Assembly (NCBI RefSeq): GCF_017430385.1 | Contig: NZ_JAFRNB010000128.1 | Location: forward strand, 7,690-71,689 | Source of the DNA: Treponema sp. | GTDB lineage: Bacteria; Spirochaetota; Spirochaetia; Treponematales; Treponemataceae | Reading direction: 5' to 3' | Length of the DNA stretch: 64,000 nt | In this document: positions 39,301 to 46,673 of the stretch, one piece after another | Layout: the number at the start of each line of letters is the position of its first letter | Numbering within the stretch: the first letter of the stretch is position 1 | The notes under the pieces: generated by a model | Database searches by the model: none | What the model saw: the letters and a program-made list of their open reading frames with translations, nothing else | What the model was told of the DNA's origin: nothing | Translations under genes and position numbers: made by a program

Positions 39301-42300
39301 ATTATTTCAACGAGATGAAGCTTGATTTCACCGGAAAAGACATGATTTCAGATACAAATTCCGGTTTGGCTTCGGGTACGAAGAATTATGAAATCGTGAG
39401 CGGAACAACTTCAATAAAGGACGCAACTGCTGTCACCGATTCTGACAGCGGATTTGAAGTCAGCCTCACAAATGAGCAGGCAGGATTTGCTTCACACACC
39501 AACGAAAGCAATCTTTATGTAAGGCTCTCCGACAAACTCGGAAATTCTAAAGATTATGACTTGTATTTGGGTGGAACAAAGATTGAAAAACCGTGGGTTC
39601 GTGATACGGAAGCACCGACTTGGCCTGATTGGAATTTATCTACTACAACGGCTATTATAGGTGTATTGAGCGGCTCTAATGCATCACGTTTTACTTTGGA
39701 TGCGAATATTCTCCTTTATACAAGCTCTTATAAAAACAGGGATATTGAATTAAAACCGACTGCAGCTTCGGATACAGGAAGCGGCATTATGGGCTATGTG
39801 CTCTCAACAAGTTCAACACTTACAGGTCCATACAGTTCTTCAAACTTCACTGGAACGACTGCAACGCTTTCGGCAGCTTCAACTGCATTTGTGAAAAAAG
39901 ACGGAAAATTTACTTTCAAAGTTTCTAATTTCATTGATGCTGCTTCTGGAGCTGGAAGTCTTTGGCTTTATGCCGTTGATTATGCAGGAAACATGACGAA
40001 GCAGGAACTCCAGATTCTTGAAGATGCAGGATACCCTGTAGTATCTTCAATTGTCGCATCAACTTCAGGGGACATTTATTGTGATTCTAGCCAGAATTAT
40101 TACAATACTGATGCAAAAATTAAAGTGACTGCTAGTGTTACAGCTACCCGCGGTTCTGTATATATTTGGAAATATATGTTCAAAAACACCGATGTTTTTG
40201 AAGACAGTGATTTAACTTCAACTTCATGTGTCAATTATCCTTCAGATGAAATTCTTCCGCTTCCTTCTGACTGGACGGCCGGAGACACATTGTATCTTCA
40301 TCTTGTTTCAAGCCGCTACGGAGTTACAGCAACGCCTGTCAAACTTACGGGAGAAGGAACACTTAATTCTACTGTTGCCGCATGGACTAAGGATACGACT
40401 CCGCCTGTTATTTCTCTTTCTCTTGCTTCTGGTGGCGGACTTGTAATTAAGTCTGGCGAATCAGAGCTGGTTTCTGCAGGTGCCTTGTTTGAAGATTCTT
40501 CTACATATATAACAAACGCAGTTGGTTATACTGCAGATGTTGCCCTTACTGATTCTGGAGCTGGTGTAGCTTCGTCAAATGTTGACGGTGGAACGGATAA
40601 CACAGCTTCTTCTTATACAGTAACAGCAAATTCTGCCGGAGACATTGTAATCACCGCAAAAGACCATGTTGGAAACGAATCCTCATTCACTTTGAAGACA
40701 GAACTTGACATCACGGCACCATCTGTTTCAAATCTTGAGATTTCAAATGCTGCTGCTGACGATGCGGGTGCTGTTCATTCCGTGAACGCTGATTCTAGCG
40801 GTGTAATCTATTTCAATCCTTCGCATATCAATGTTTCTGTCACAACTTCTGATACTCAGACAACGGTTGCGGGATATCTTGTCGATTCTTCTAATAGGGC
40901 AAGTGCAACTAGCGGAGGTTGGACTTCAACACTTTCAAGCACGAACTTTGCTTCTGCGGACGGAACTGCGCTCTATCTGCATGTAAAGGATACCCTTAAT
41001 AATGTGGAGGATTATCCATTTGCAGGAAACGCAAAATACACGCCGATGGGGGCAGCTTCTGCTTCGACAGCAGTTGCTTCGGCAACATGGAAGGCTTTGA
41101 CTGAAAATACAGCAAGCGTAACTTCTGTTACACCTTCTGTGGAAAACGGAAGCGGTATCTATTATGACTCAACGGCTGGAAAAATCTGGTATAATCCTAA
41201 TTTCAATGGAAGCACGCTTTCTTTGAGCCTCACTCCAGCTGCTTCTGGCTCTCTTGTAAAAGGCTTCCGAATCGGAGCTGCAGGAAGTTCTTGTGATTCT
41301 GGTCTTACTCCAAGTCTTGCGGATGGCGATATTGCAATCTATTCTGTCGATTATGCCGGAAATATTTCAACTTCGGCATTCAATCTTAACCTCATCGATG
41401 ATTCTACGGCTCCTTCAATTGTGGCGACATTGGCATCTGGAGAAATCACTTCTGATAAAACTGCTTTAATTGCCGATGGTGCAGCACTTGCTTCTGGAAC
41501 TGAATATTTCACTAATTCAGATTATTACACTTCAAGCATTGCAATCACAGAAGAAGGTTCTGGAGTTGATTCTGTGACAGATATTTCTGGAACTGCCGGA
41601 AGCTATTCTGTTTCAATTGATGCTGCGGGTGAAAAGACAGTCACGGCAAAAGACAAGGTTGGAAACGAAGGCACATTCACTTTCAAGACAAGCCTTGTTT
41701 CTGAGGTTCCGGCTGTAAGTGCCGTGACTTATTCTTCGGCAACTTCAATGAATTTAAAAGACTCTGCTTCTCTGTATTTCAGTTCTGCATATATTTCAGC
41801 GGCAACTATTACAACTCCGGTTCTGCCAATCAAATATGAGCTTTCAATTGATTCAACAGGCGTTGTGCCGTCAAAGGATGTCGGTACTGACCTTTCACTT
41901 GATTCATTCAGCGGAAAATCTTCAGGTGGAGTCTATATTTGGAGCGGAGATGTTCTTGGAAATACAAAGGCTGTTCTTCTTTCTTCAATAACTGCTACTT
42001 ATACTCCATTGAGCGGAACTTCTACGACAATTACTGGACCATATAATTTTGTAAAGGATTCTGACAAACCTGCGGCTCCAAATTCTGTTTCAGATAATCA
42101 GGGTGATAATACTGATTTTGATTCGTCAAAAAAGATTCTTTATTACAATACATCCGTGGTTGCTTTGGAAATAACGCCAACCCTTGCGACTGCCGACGAT
42201 TCTCTTATGGGATTTATGTCAGCTGCTGATTCAACAGATTATTTTGATAAACTTATCCTCAGTGGTGATTCACTTGTTCCAGGGGATAAGTCATTCTATT

Positions 42301-43226
42301 CTATTGATTATGCGGGAAATGTTTCAGAGTCTTCTTACAACTTGACTTTGAAAAAGGCTGTGTCGTACAAAATCGAGGGCAAAAAGATTACGCTTTCTGA
42401 TTTCCCGGAAGGCGAGACAATTGCTTCGATAACGCTTACTGCTTCGGCTGGTTCGTTCCCTGCTTTAACTGCAAGCCCTGGCACTGCTAGTGTTCTTGAA
42501 GGTGGTGCTTCGGTTACAGTGGCATTTACTTCTCCTAGCAGCCTTACTTCTGTTGAATTGACTTCTGAGAGCGATATTTCTGGATTGACAATATCTAAAA
42601 TCGTATTGTCTTCAAGTGCTGGTAGCAGCATCGTTGATATAATACCGTCAAATCCTTCAAATTATATTTCTGTGCCGGGCGTGTTCGCAGGTTCGTTCCC
42701 GCTCATGAAATCAACGGAACGCGCTTTGCCTCGTGGCCGCTCAATCACGCATGAAGACTTGATGGCTCAAAAAGAAGCATTGCTGAGCCTTGCAAGGAAA
42801 AATGTTGGAAAAACAGCCGCTCCTAAAGCTGATTTGACACCGGCTTCTGCTGTCGCAACTTCTACAGGTGATTCTGCATGGTCAGGATTGAGCCGTGATT
42901 TTAATTCTGAGTCAGAGAATCTTGACAGGGCTGTTTCAAGGCTAAAATCTTCTGCAGCAAAGGCTTCTTCTTCTGAAAAGGCTTCTACCTCAAAGACTGT
43001 CTCAAAAGTGAAGGAAGAGTCTGGTATTCCAGAAGTCGAGGCAAAAGTTTCTGTCACTGAAAGCGTTGCTCCTTCTGTGGAAAAGGTCGCTCCAGTTTCT
43101 GTAACTCAGCAGGATAGTGCTGAGAAGCCTTTCAGAAAGATTGGTTTGTTGATATTGCTTGCAGTTTTTGTGCTTTCTGGCGCATTTTTTGCAAAAAAAG
43201 TTGAAATTTTTCATAAAAAAAGCTGA
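33321..43226 (+). CDS. Giant (3301 aa) Ig-like repeat surface lipoprotein / putative adhesin with C-terminal TM helix
   Basis: Lipobox VFAASC; SbsA/Big_5-like VQFSKPMD; many D-x-x-G-N and D-x-x-x-P Ig-repeat motifs; C-terminal IGLLILLAVFVLSGAFF followed by basic residues. Confidence 0.85.
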   Translation: MKFKKNIVFNKNSRKFRMSAFVFAITMLLSVVFAASCSFMEDDEFFGKIENEVAVANADKMSVYIRYANTRFGKTSPADAGYYTAKNNVAFTVSATTNTDYGFFKWAAFSTKNFNPSEQYSALVYNSDEEYNQLFAPLELPETIVKFSSKNSQSTEVTIYATRDDIWLIPIVVNRPVISTTFPDTSSNPVRNASLRVQFSKPMDEASFKGNYSVGEGNLTDQFELNLQDITDLFEIKLSESKKLVTFSFKNEVIDGVNRYDTGFKASSNVQISFTEDITDVYGYKMASSASVKWRIGTTYDRAAPIIEVLTGGTGSNFSAFESVDTPQALAATNALANYPDTVLAQRSTGKVNFYVYATDIAAKENSAKQESDVQMIGFRATSLTDMEGNSLDGTAEGNYISQKYETYAPALNYSEVNQDFTTLMPGKGEGCLYTYDLSSLPDGLIKVDVWAMDMTGNNGLEHYDSSIVYDGNHNGYRSIFVVKDSKAPAIETEKDKVRSSSSDAPYGWYNASSFNPIKMNEMSPIVDLGNEKLRSPHDKIKWMFRLGADTNWSVTTDDASWKLLTTPATPYEVGLARVDSEGLVSITMRLMDDLGNIADPVAISSAYYDETPPVISALSWVNSDGTLALNATKDSTLSQILKIPFTEEKSGIKRIEIKVEDSSGNNVPNALAGATISYSTDSAPSGAAEVTYDTSDPAHTGSVLVFTDSVTTGNLYVSGLNIRNSADETFTVKVKLLDAAINSGDKETNIKCDITDPVVKDVSVVGLSPRATKNGSADGVTKWLPYSAYDTATQQAVKARVSVNVEESCSGIYEIKLGEDAYLTDSSYITIGDTALAAGTDFSLNVAANTILMSDMFSPKLKGDDITFIIENVKIDNDNSTVKVSVKDFGLNGGDKSLPNVMKDSTSPAIDSIVLSDRGEASGTLPSVADADGTRYTNDRIVDLTINGAKDGDAGSGLRGIVLDSGATFTDTTTITVEISGSSSNCTFTKTDDKTVTFDTAYAYDSTVSFVIKNISLDSNTDGVKTVNAHLFDMCGWKSEVKTDSIILDTTPPGWLDKWIYVADSGNVAGEIYPATGAIGVEAAVSGEPYFYTKNANAYLSVSYSDANFYGSKYSTTKTAALEILSDSSSVDLTGSAGLEFQALPASGSTSYSIVLRDKAGNVSPVKTFHAVSDVAITKDTGSPAVSLTNRMAKLDSRSDYKVYLEGPSHRNRFSTSGTTGADDYKVYISVSLADYTEKTYTTSQSGLAKFAINDSSTAAPSESGSGTDFNKWIPYSAASGDEIKVWIPSDDNLRGPYYLWLMDNVGNTNCVQIRTPANETAGNNETWLGKASVNQIGTIDYVNGTSTESTTEELGKLVTSTFDGLRGNVTYYNDEAKIGFAYDEGTTGIDFSGAASATNYPVRVAIVKKTAKTAPSKSDLSDTTEWIYPDTASGTAYTFTNKSYPKDLSETEKYGANYEYLYYIIEDAVGHVNTGILKPGAEDSQWKYDNDAPKVTLRTEPDVDLTTLGAGNLSDLVPMHYGVQAFYDNSKVWVPATAGDISETVEEGDNTYHSIEKSLYFDLSIAESTKITKFYYSTSSSAESYDSPSWQSSSDGKVDVCIPVSILSSATDLYLHVCDIVGNIKTYQVSALKWQADAVAPDFASGTITPPYKLKEGYYYALPNIDNNTIVVALSGNAYASDSVKVTIPLTWFSDDSGSGVYAYSFEDSEDNPGSIPISIDIDSGDSENTNHSPCIKLTKGIHYERDTDKNFWLYVYDFVGNCKKVNLTTRVDTYAPVFKLGFDIDGTGTILNHPQTHGEVTVNLSGKEGFIYDAIENVSADKTYNVKDSEGNEKEFQSKVENQDSPGYTEANPYIIYASPNSTYNIDGKRYFIGTFTATDEDTGAGGATLGISDIKVDRKLGVAGSTWENDYLTMSNLKNYATDTSRSYVTKVPIDLDDTGRFYRITVSDYAGNTTEVYIKLFLDVTEPAFTSNPTVEATTGSINTDGTNYYFNEMKLDFTGKDMISDTNSGLASGTKNYEIVSGTTSIKDATAVTDSDSGFEVSLTNEQAGFASHTNESNLYVRLSDKLGNSKDYDLYLGGTKIEKPWVRDTEAPTWPDWNLSTTTAIIGVLSGSNASRFTLDANILLYTSSYKNRDIELKPTAASDTGSGIMGYVLSTSSTLTGPYSSSNFTGTTATLSAASTAFVKKDGKFTFKVSNFIDAASGAGSLWLYAVDYAGNMTKQELQILEDAGYPVVSSIVASTSGDIYCDSSQNYYNTDAKIKVTASVTATRGSVYIWKYMFKNTDVFEDSDLTSTSCVNYPSDEILPLPSDWTAGDTLYLHLVSSRYGVTATPVKLTGEGTLNSTVAAWTKDTTPPVISLSLASGGGLVIKSGESELVSAGALFEDSSTYITNAVGYTADVALTDSGAGVASSNVDGGTDNTASSYTVTANSAGDIVITAKDHVGNESSFTLKTELDITAPSVSNLEISNAAADDAGAVHSVNADSSGVIYFNPSHINVSVTTSDTQTTVAGYLVDSSNRASATSGGWTSTLSSTNFASADGTALYLHVKDTLNNVEDYPFAGNAKYTPMGAASASTAVASATWKALTENTASVTSVTPSVENGSGIYYDSTAGKIWYNPNFNGSTLSLSLTPAASGSLVKGFRIGAAGSSCDSGLTPSLADGDIAIYSVDYAGNISTSAFNLNLIDDSTAPSIVATLASGEITSDKTALIADGAALASGTEYFTNSDYYTSSIAITEEGSGVDSVTDISGTAGSYSVSIDAAGEKTVTAKDKVGNEGTFTFKTSLVSEVPAVSAVTYSSATSMNLKDSASLYFSSAYISAATITTPVLPIKYELSIDSTGVVPSKDVGTDLSLDSFSGKSSGGVYIWSGDVLGNTKAVLLSSITATYTPLSGTSTTITGPYNFVKDSDKPAAPNSVSDNQGDNTDFDSSKKILYYNTSVVALEITPTLATADDSLMGFMSAADSTDYFDKLILSGDSLVPGDKSFYSIDYAGNVSESSYNLTLKKAVSYKIEGKKITLSDFPEGETIASITLTASAGSFPALTASPGTASVLEGGASVTVAFTSPSSLTSVELTSESDISGLTISKIVLSSSAGSSIVDIIPSNPSNYISVPGVFAGSFPLMKSTERALPRGRSITHEDLMAQKEALLSLARKNVGKTAAPKADLTPASAVATSTGDSAWSGLSRDFNSESENLDRAVSRLKSSAAKASSSEKASTSKTVSKVKEESGIPEVEAKVSVTESVAPSVEKVAPVSVTQQDSAEKPFRKIGLLILLAVFVLSGAFFAKKVEIFHKKS

Positions 43227-43232
43227 AAAAAA

Positions 43233-43261
43233 TTGACAACTTGGTATTAGTGCGTTATGAT
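43233..43261 (+). promoter_or_regulatory. sigma70 promoter
   Basis: TTGACA (43233)-N17-TATGAT (43256); AGGAGG RBS at 43297. Confidence 0.8.
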
Positions 43262-43309
43262 TTAATAGAGCATGGTGTGCACTTAGTATTATTTTTAGGA
43301 GGTTCGCCT

Positions 43310-43723
43310 ATGAAAATGATTAAAAAAATAGTTATTGGGTTCGTAGCTTTTTTTGCTACTGCGTCGTTGTTTGCCGCTGGTTCGTACAAGGTTGAGAAGG
43401 TTACAGGCAAAGTTACTTATGAGGATGGTGGTGCTTGGAAGACTGTTGCTGTTGGACAGGAGCTTTCAGCTGGTACTAACATCAATACAGCATTGAATTC
43501 AAGCGTTGTCATCAATGATGGCTCATCGTCAGTTACAATCAAAGCTATGCAGAAAGGCGATGTTGAAAAGCTTGTTGCTTCAGGTGCAGGCAAAGGTGGT
43601 CTCAAAAAGGCTTCTGTTGCTAAAAACACTGTAGCAGGCAAATCAAATGGTGCTCAGTCTGGCGTCTCAACAGCTTCTTCAAGAGCTAGTGAGGCAAAGA
43701 GCGATCTTGAATGGGATGAGTAA
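43310..43723 (+). CDS. Small exported FecR-like protein
   Basis: ATG after AGGAGG; signal peptide; V..VTGKV...W..V.VGQEL..GTNINT..NSSVVI matches the N-terminal FecR beta-pattern; 137 aa. Confidence 0.65.
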   Translation: MKMIKKIVIGFVAFFATASLFAAGSYKVEKVTGKVTYEDGGAWKTVAVGQELSAGTNINTALNSSVVINDGSSSVTIKAMQKGDVEKLVASGAGKGGLKKASVAKNTVAGKSNGAQSGVSTASSRASEAKSDLEWDE

Positions 43724-43747
43724 TCATCTTTAACATGTTTTGTTGGG

Positions 43748-43778
43748 AATCCTGCATTATCTGTGCAGGATTTTTTTT
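43748..43778 (+). terminator. Intrinsic terminator
   Basis: AATCCTGCA...TGCAGGATT followed by a T run. Confidence 0.8.
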
Positions 43779-43820
43779 GTTTCAATTCATTAGAGCTGTC
43801 GTGCTGACTTTGGAGTTCTT

Positions 43821-46580
43821 ATGAGAAAAATCCTCAAAATTCTTCTTCCACTTGTTGAAATACTTTTTTTTGCCCTTGCCGTACTTTTTGCGGTCATCCT
43901 TATTCCGAGCCTTGACAAAAAGGCCGCGGACTGGTTCCAGAGGCCACTAAAGCCTTTGGAAGAGCAGAAAGATGTCCTTATGATAAACGTCGATGATGCG
44001 TCGATTGACTCAATCGGTGTCTGGCCATTCGGTCGTGATGTTTACGCTGGAATGATGTATGCGCTCAAAGATTTTGACACCGAGGCTGTCGTATACGATT
44101 TAAGCTTCCTTGACAAAAGCCAGCGCAAGGTCGATGAGGCCTATCTTTCCGAAGAACTTCCTGTAAAGATTGACGAGACTTTTGAATCGATAAACGGTGA
44201 AATTGCTACTGTAATGGGCGGTTTTTCTGACCGTTCGCTTGGTGCAAAAGATGCCGAGTCCTGTGCCGAAAGTCTTCTGACCCGCACCGAAGAGGCGAAG
44301 AATTCTTTGAACGAGGCCGTCGCTTCTACTGTCAAGGATGTTGATTCGATTCTCGCTGATTCAATTCAGTTTTTTGGAAGCACATATCTTACGCTCACGA
44401 TTGATGATGCCTATCCTCTCGAAGATGAAGAGCAGAAATCTTACATTGCAGAATATATTTCCCTTAAGAATGTTGTTGATGACGGTGACACGCTCACTTA
44501 TGATTACAAAGGTGTCATGCCTGCGATTCACATTTTTATGGCCAGGGCAAATTCTGCCGGATTCGTAAACGCGCCGCCTGACAAGGACGGTTATCTCCGC
44601 CGACTGCCGATTGTCCTCAAATATGACGGAAAATATTATGGACAGCTCACTCTCGTTCCGATTTTGAAACGCTTTGGCAACCCGGAAGTCCATGTGTCGA
44701 ACAAATATGTCACGCTCAAGGGAGCCAAGCTTTCTGACGGTTCTGTTAAAGACATTAAGATTCCTCGTGACGAAAAAGGAATGTTAATCGTTAAATATCC
44801 GCCTAAAAAATACAGTGAGTACAATTCTATTTCACTCTGGAACATTTACCGGCTTTATCTTCTTGACAACAATATCTACAAGAACATAAAGGCAATGAGT
44901 GAGAGCGGTCTTTTTGAGCTTTGGGATGGTGACGACCCTGTAAATCTTTACGAAAGTGCACATTACATAAAGGACTGGCTTTGTAAGAATCCTGAAGATG
45001 AAGAAAATGATTTGACTTACAAGAATTATACTGCCCTGAGGACAAAATACTATGAGAATGTAACGAATTACCTTAATGGCGATCAGGAAAATCTCTTGAA
45101 GGCTCAGTATCCGGACGATGCGGATTATATTTCCGAAACTTTTACCACGATGCGCGAGCAGTTTAAGGACCTTGAGGATAGCCACAAGGATGTGAAGGAG
45201 AAGGTAACAGGTGCCATTTGTATTATCGGTACCAACGCAACGAGCACGACTGATTTTGGCTTGAACCAGTATCAGCAGGCATACCCGAACCCAGGCGTTC
45301 ACTACACGATGGCAAACCAGCTCCTTACCCAGGACTTCATCGATGATTCTCCGTGGTGGGTTTCCGTCATAATCGCTGCCGTTGTCTGTCTCTTCTATTC
45401 AATGCTTGCAATCAGAATCAAGAGCACTTTCAGGCAGATTCTTTTCGGCTTCTTTACTGTTGTCCTCACACTTGGCTCTCTATATGCCTATTTCTATATC
45501 ACGAAACAATATGTCGGCGTTGTAATTCCGCTCCTTACGATTTTGCTTGCATTTGCGACAACCACGATTGTAAGCTATCTTTCTGCATCTTCTGAGAAAA
45601 AGTTCATCACGAACGCATTCAGCCAGTGTCTTTCAAAGGAAGTCGTAAACGACATCGTTGCTAACCCTGATTCATTCAAGCTCGGTGGCCAGACTCTTGA
45701 AATGACGGCCATGTTCACCGATATTCAGAAATTCTCAGGATTCTCGGAGCTTCTTACGGCAGGCCAGCTTGTCGCGCTTTTGAACTATTACCTTACAAAA
45801 ATGAGCGACATCATCATGAATGAGCGCGGAACCGTAGATAAATACGAAGGTGATGCTATTATCGCCCTTGTCGGTGCGCCTGTTCCTATGGATGATCATG
45901 CGGCTCGTGCCTGTGCGGCGGCTATCAAGATGAAAAAGTCTGAGCTTCTTATGAACAAGGAAATCCAGAATATTGCTTCAAAGCCAAAGCCTGATACAAT
46001 GGACGATGAGCTTTATGATGCTTTCAAGATTATGATTGCGAACAACCGCACTTTGTTCACCCGAATTGGCCTTAACTCCGGCGAGATGGTCGCGGGTTAC
46101 ATGGGTAGTGAGAACAAGAAAAACTACACGATGATGGGCAACAATGTAAACCTTGCTTCCCGCCTTGAAGGTGTAAACAAGCAGTATTCAACCGGCGGAA
46201 TCTTAATCAGTGAGGCTACCAGAAACATGCTTGGTGACAGGTTTGTCGTGCGAAGCCTTGACCGCGTTCGTGTCGTCAATGTAAACACTCCAATTCGTCT
46301 GTACGAGCTTGTCGAAGAAAAGACTTACGCAGATGAATTCCTTCTCAAATACATGGAACTTTGGGAAAAGGTAATGTCTTTGTTTGAGGCAAAAAAATAT
46401 TCTGAGGCTCTTGAAGGATTCAAGAAACTCTCAGAAAAGAAACCTGATGACAAGGTTGCCAAGTATTACATTTCGCTTCTCGAAAAATTCTTCATCAAAG
46501 GCACTTATCCTCAGGAAAAAGATGACTTCGGTGTTGCGTATAACCCAGAGGACGGAGTATTCAAGCTGCTACAGAAGTAA
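43821..46580 (+). CDS. CHASE2-domain class III adenylate cyclase
   Basis: INVDDASIDSIGVWPFGR, DKDGYLRR, PGVH (CHASE2); 3 TMs; FTDIQKFS, DKYEGDA, YTMMGNNVNLASRLEG. Confidence 0.93.
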   Translation: MRKILKILLPLVEILFFALAVLFAVILIPSLDKKAADWFQRPLKPLEEQKDVLMINVDDASIDSIGVWPFGRDVYAGMMYALKDFDTEAVVYDLSFLDKSQRKVDEAYLSEELPVKIDETFESINGEIATVMGGFSDRSLGAKDAESCAESLLTRTEEAKNSLNEAVASTVKDVDSILADSIQFFGSTYLTLTIDDAYPLEDEEQKSYIAEYISLKNVVDDGDTLTYDYKGVMPAIHIFMARANSAGFVNAPPDKDGYLRRLPIVLKYDGKYYGQLTLVPILKRFGNPEVHVSNKYVTLKGAKLSDGSVKDIKIPRDEKGMLIVKYPPKKYSEYNSISLWNIYRLYLLDNNIYKNIKAMSESGLFELWDGDDPVNLYESAHYIKDWLCKNPEDEENDLTYKNYTALRTKYYENVTNYLNGDQENLLKAQYPDDADYISETFTTMREQFKDLEDSHKDVKEKVTGAICIIGTNATSTTDFGLNQYQQAYPNPGVHYTMANQLLTQDFIDDSPWWVSVIIAAVVCLFYSMLAIRIKSTFRQILFGFFTVVLTLGSLYAYFYITKQYVGVVIPLLTILLAFATTTIVSYLSASSEKKFITNAFSQCLSKEVVNDIVANPDSFKLGGQTLEMTAMFTDIQKFSGFSELLTAGQLVALLNYYLTKMSDIIMNERGTVDKYEGDAIIALVGAPVPMDDHAARACAAAIKMKKSELLMNKEIQNIASKPKPDTMDDELYDAFKIMIANNRTLFTRIGLNSGEMVAGYMGSENKKNYTMMGNNVNLASRLEGVNKQYSTGGILISEATRNMLGDRFVVRSLDRVRVVNVNTPIRLYELVEEKTYADEFLLKYMELWEKVMSLFEAKKYSEALEGFKKLSEKKPDDKVAKYYISLLEKFFIKGTYPQEKDDFGVAYNPEDGVFKLLQK

Positions 46581-46581
46581 T

Positions 46582-46656
46582 GGACATCCTGTCCTGACGA
46601 GTTTTTCATGGAAAAACTCGCGGTCTACTAGCTTTTCGCCACCTCCATGTGGCGAA
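46582..46656 (-). repeat. Three-hairpin intergenic repeat, copy C (diverged)
   Basis: Minus strand TTCGCCAC-ATGGAG-GTGGCGAA; CGAGTTTTTC-CAT-GAAAAACTCG; GGACA-GGA-TGTCC; lies between convergent genes. Confidence 0.7.
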
Positions 46657-46673
46657 TTTTCTGTATTTATTGT

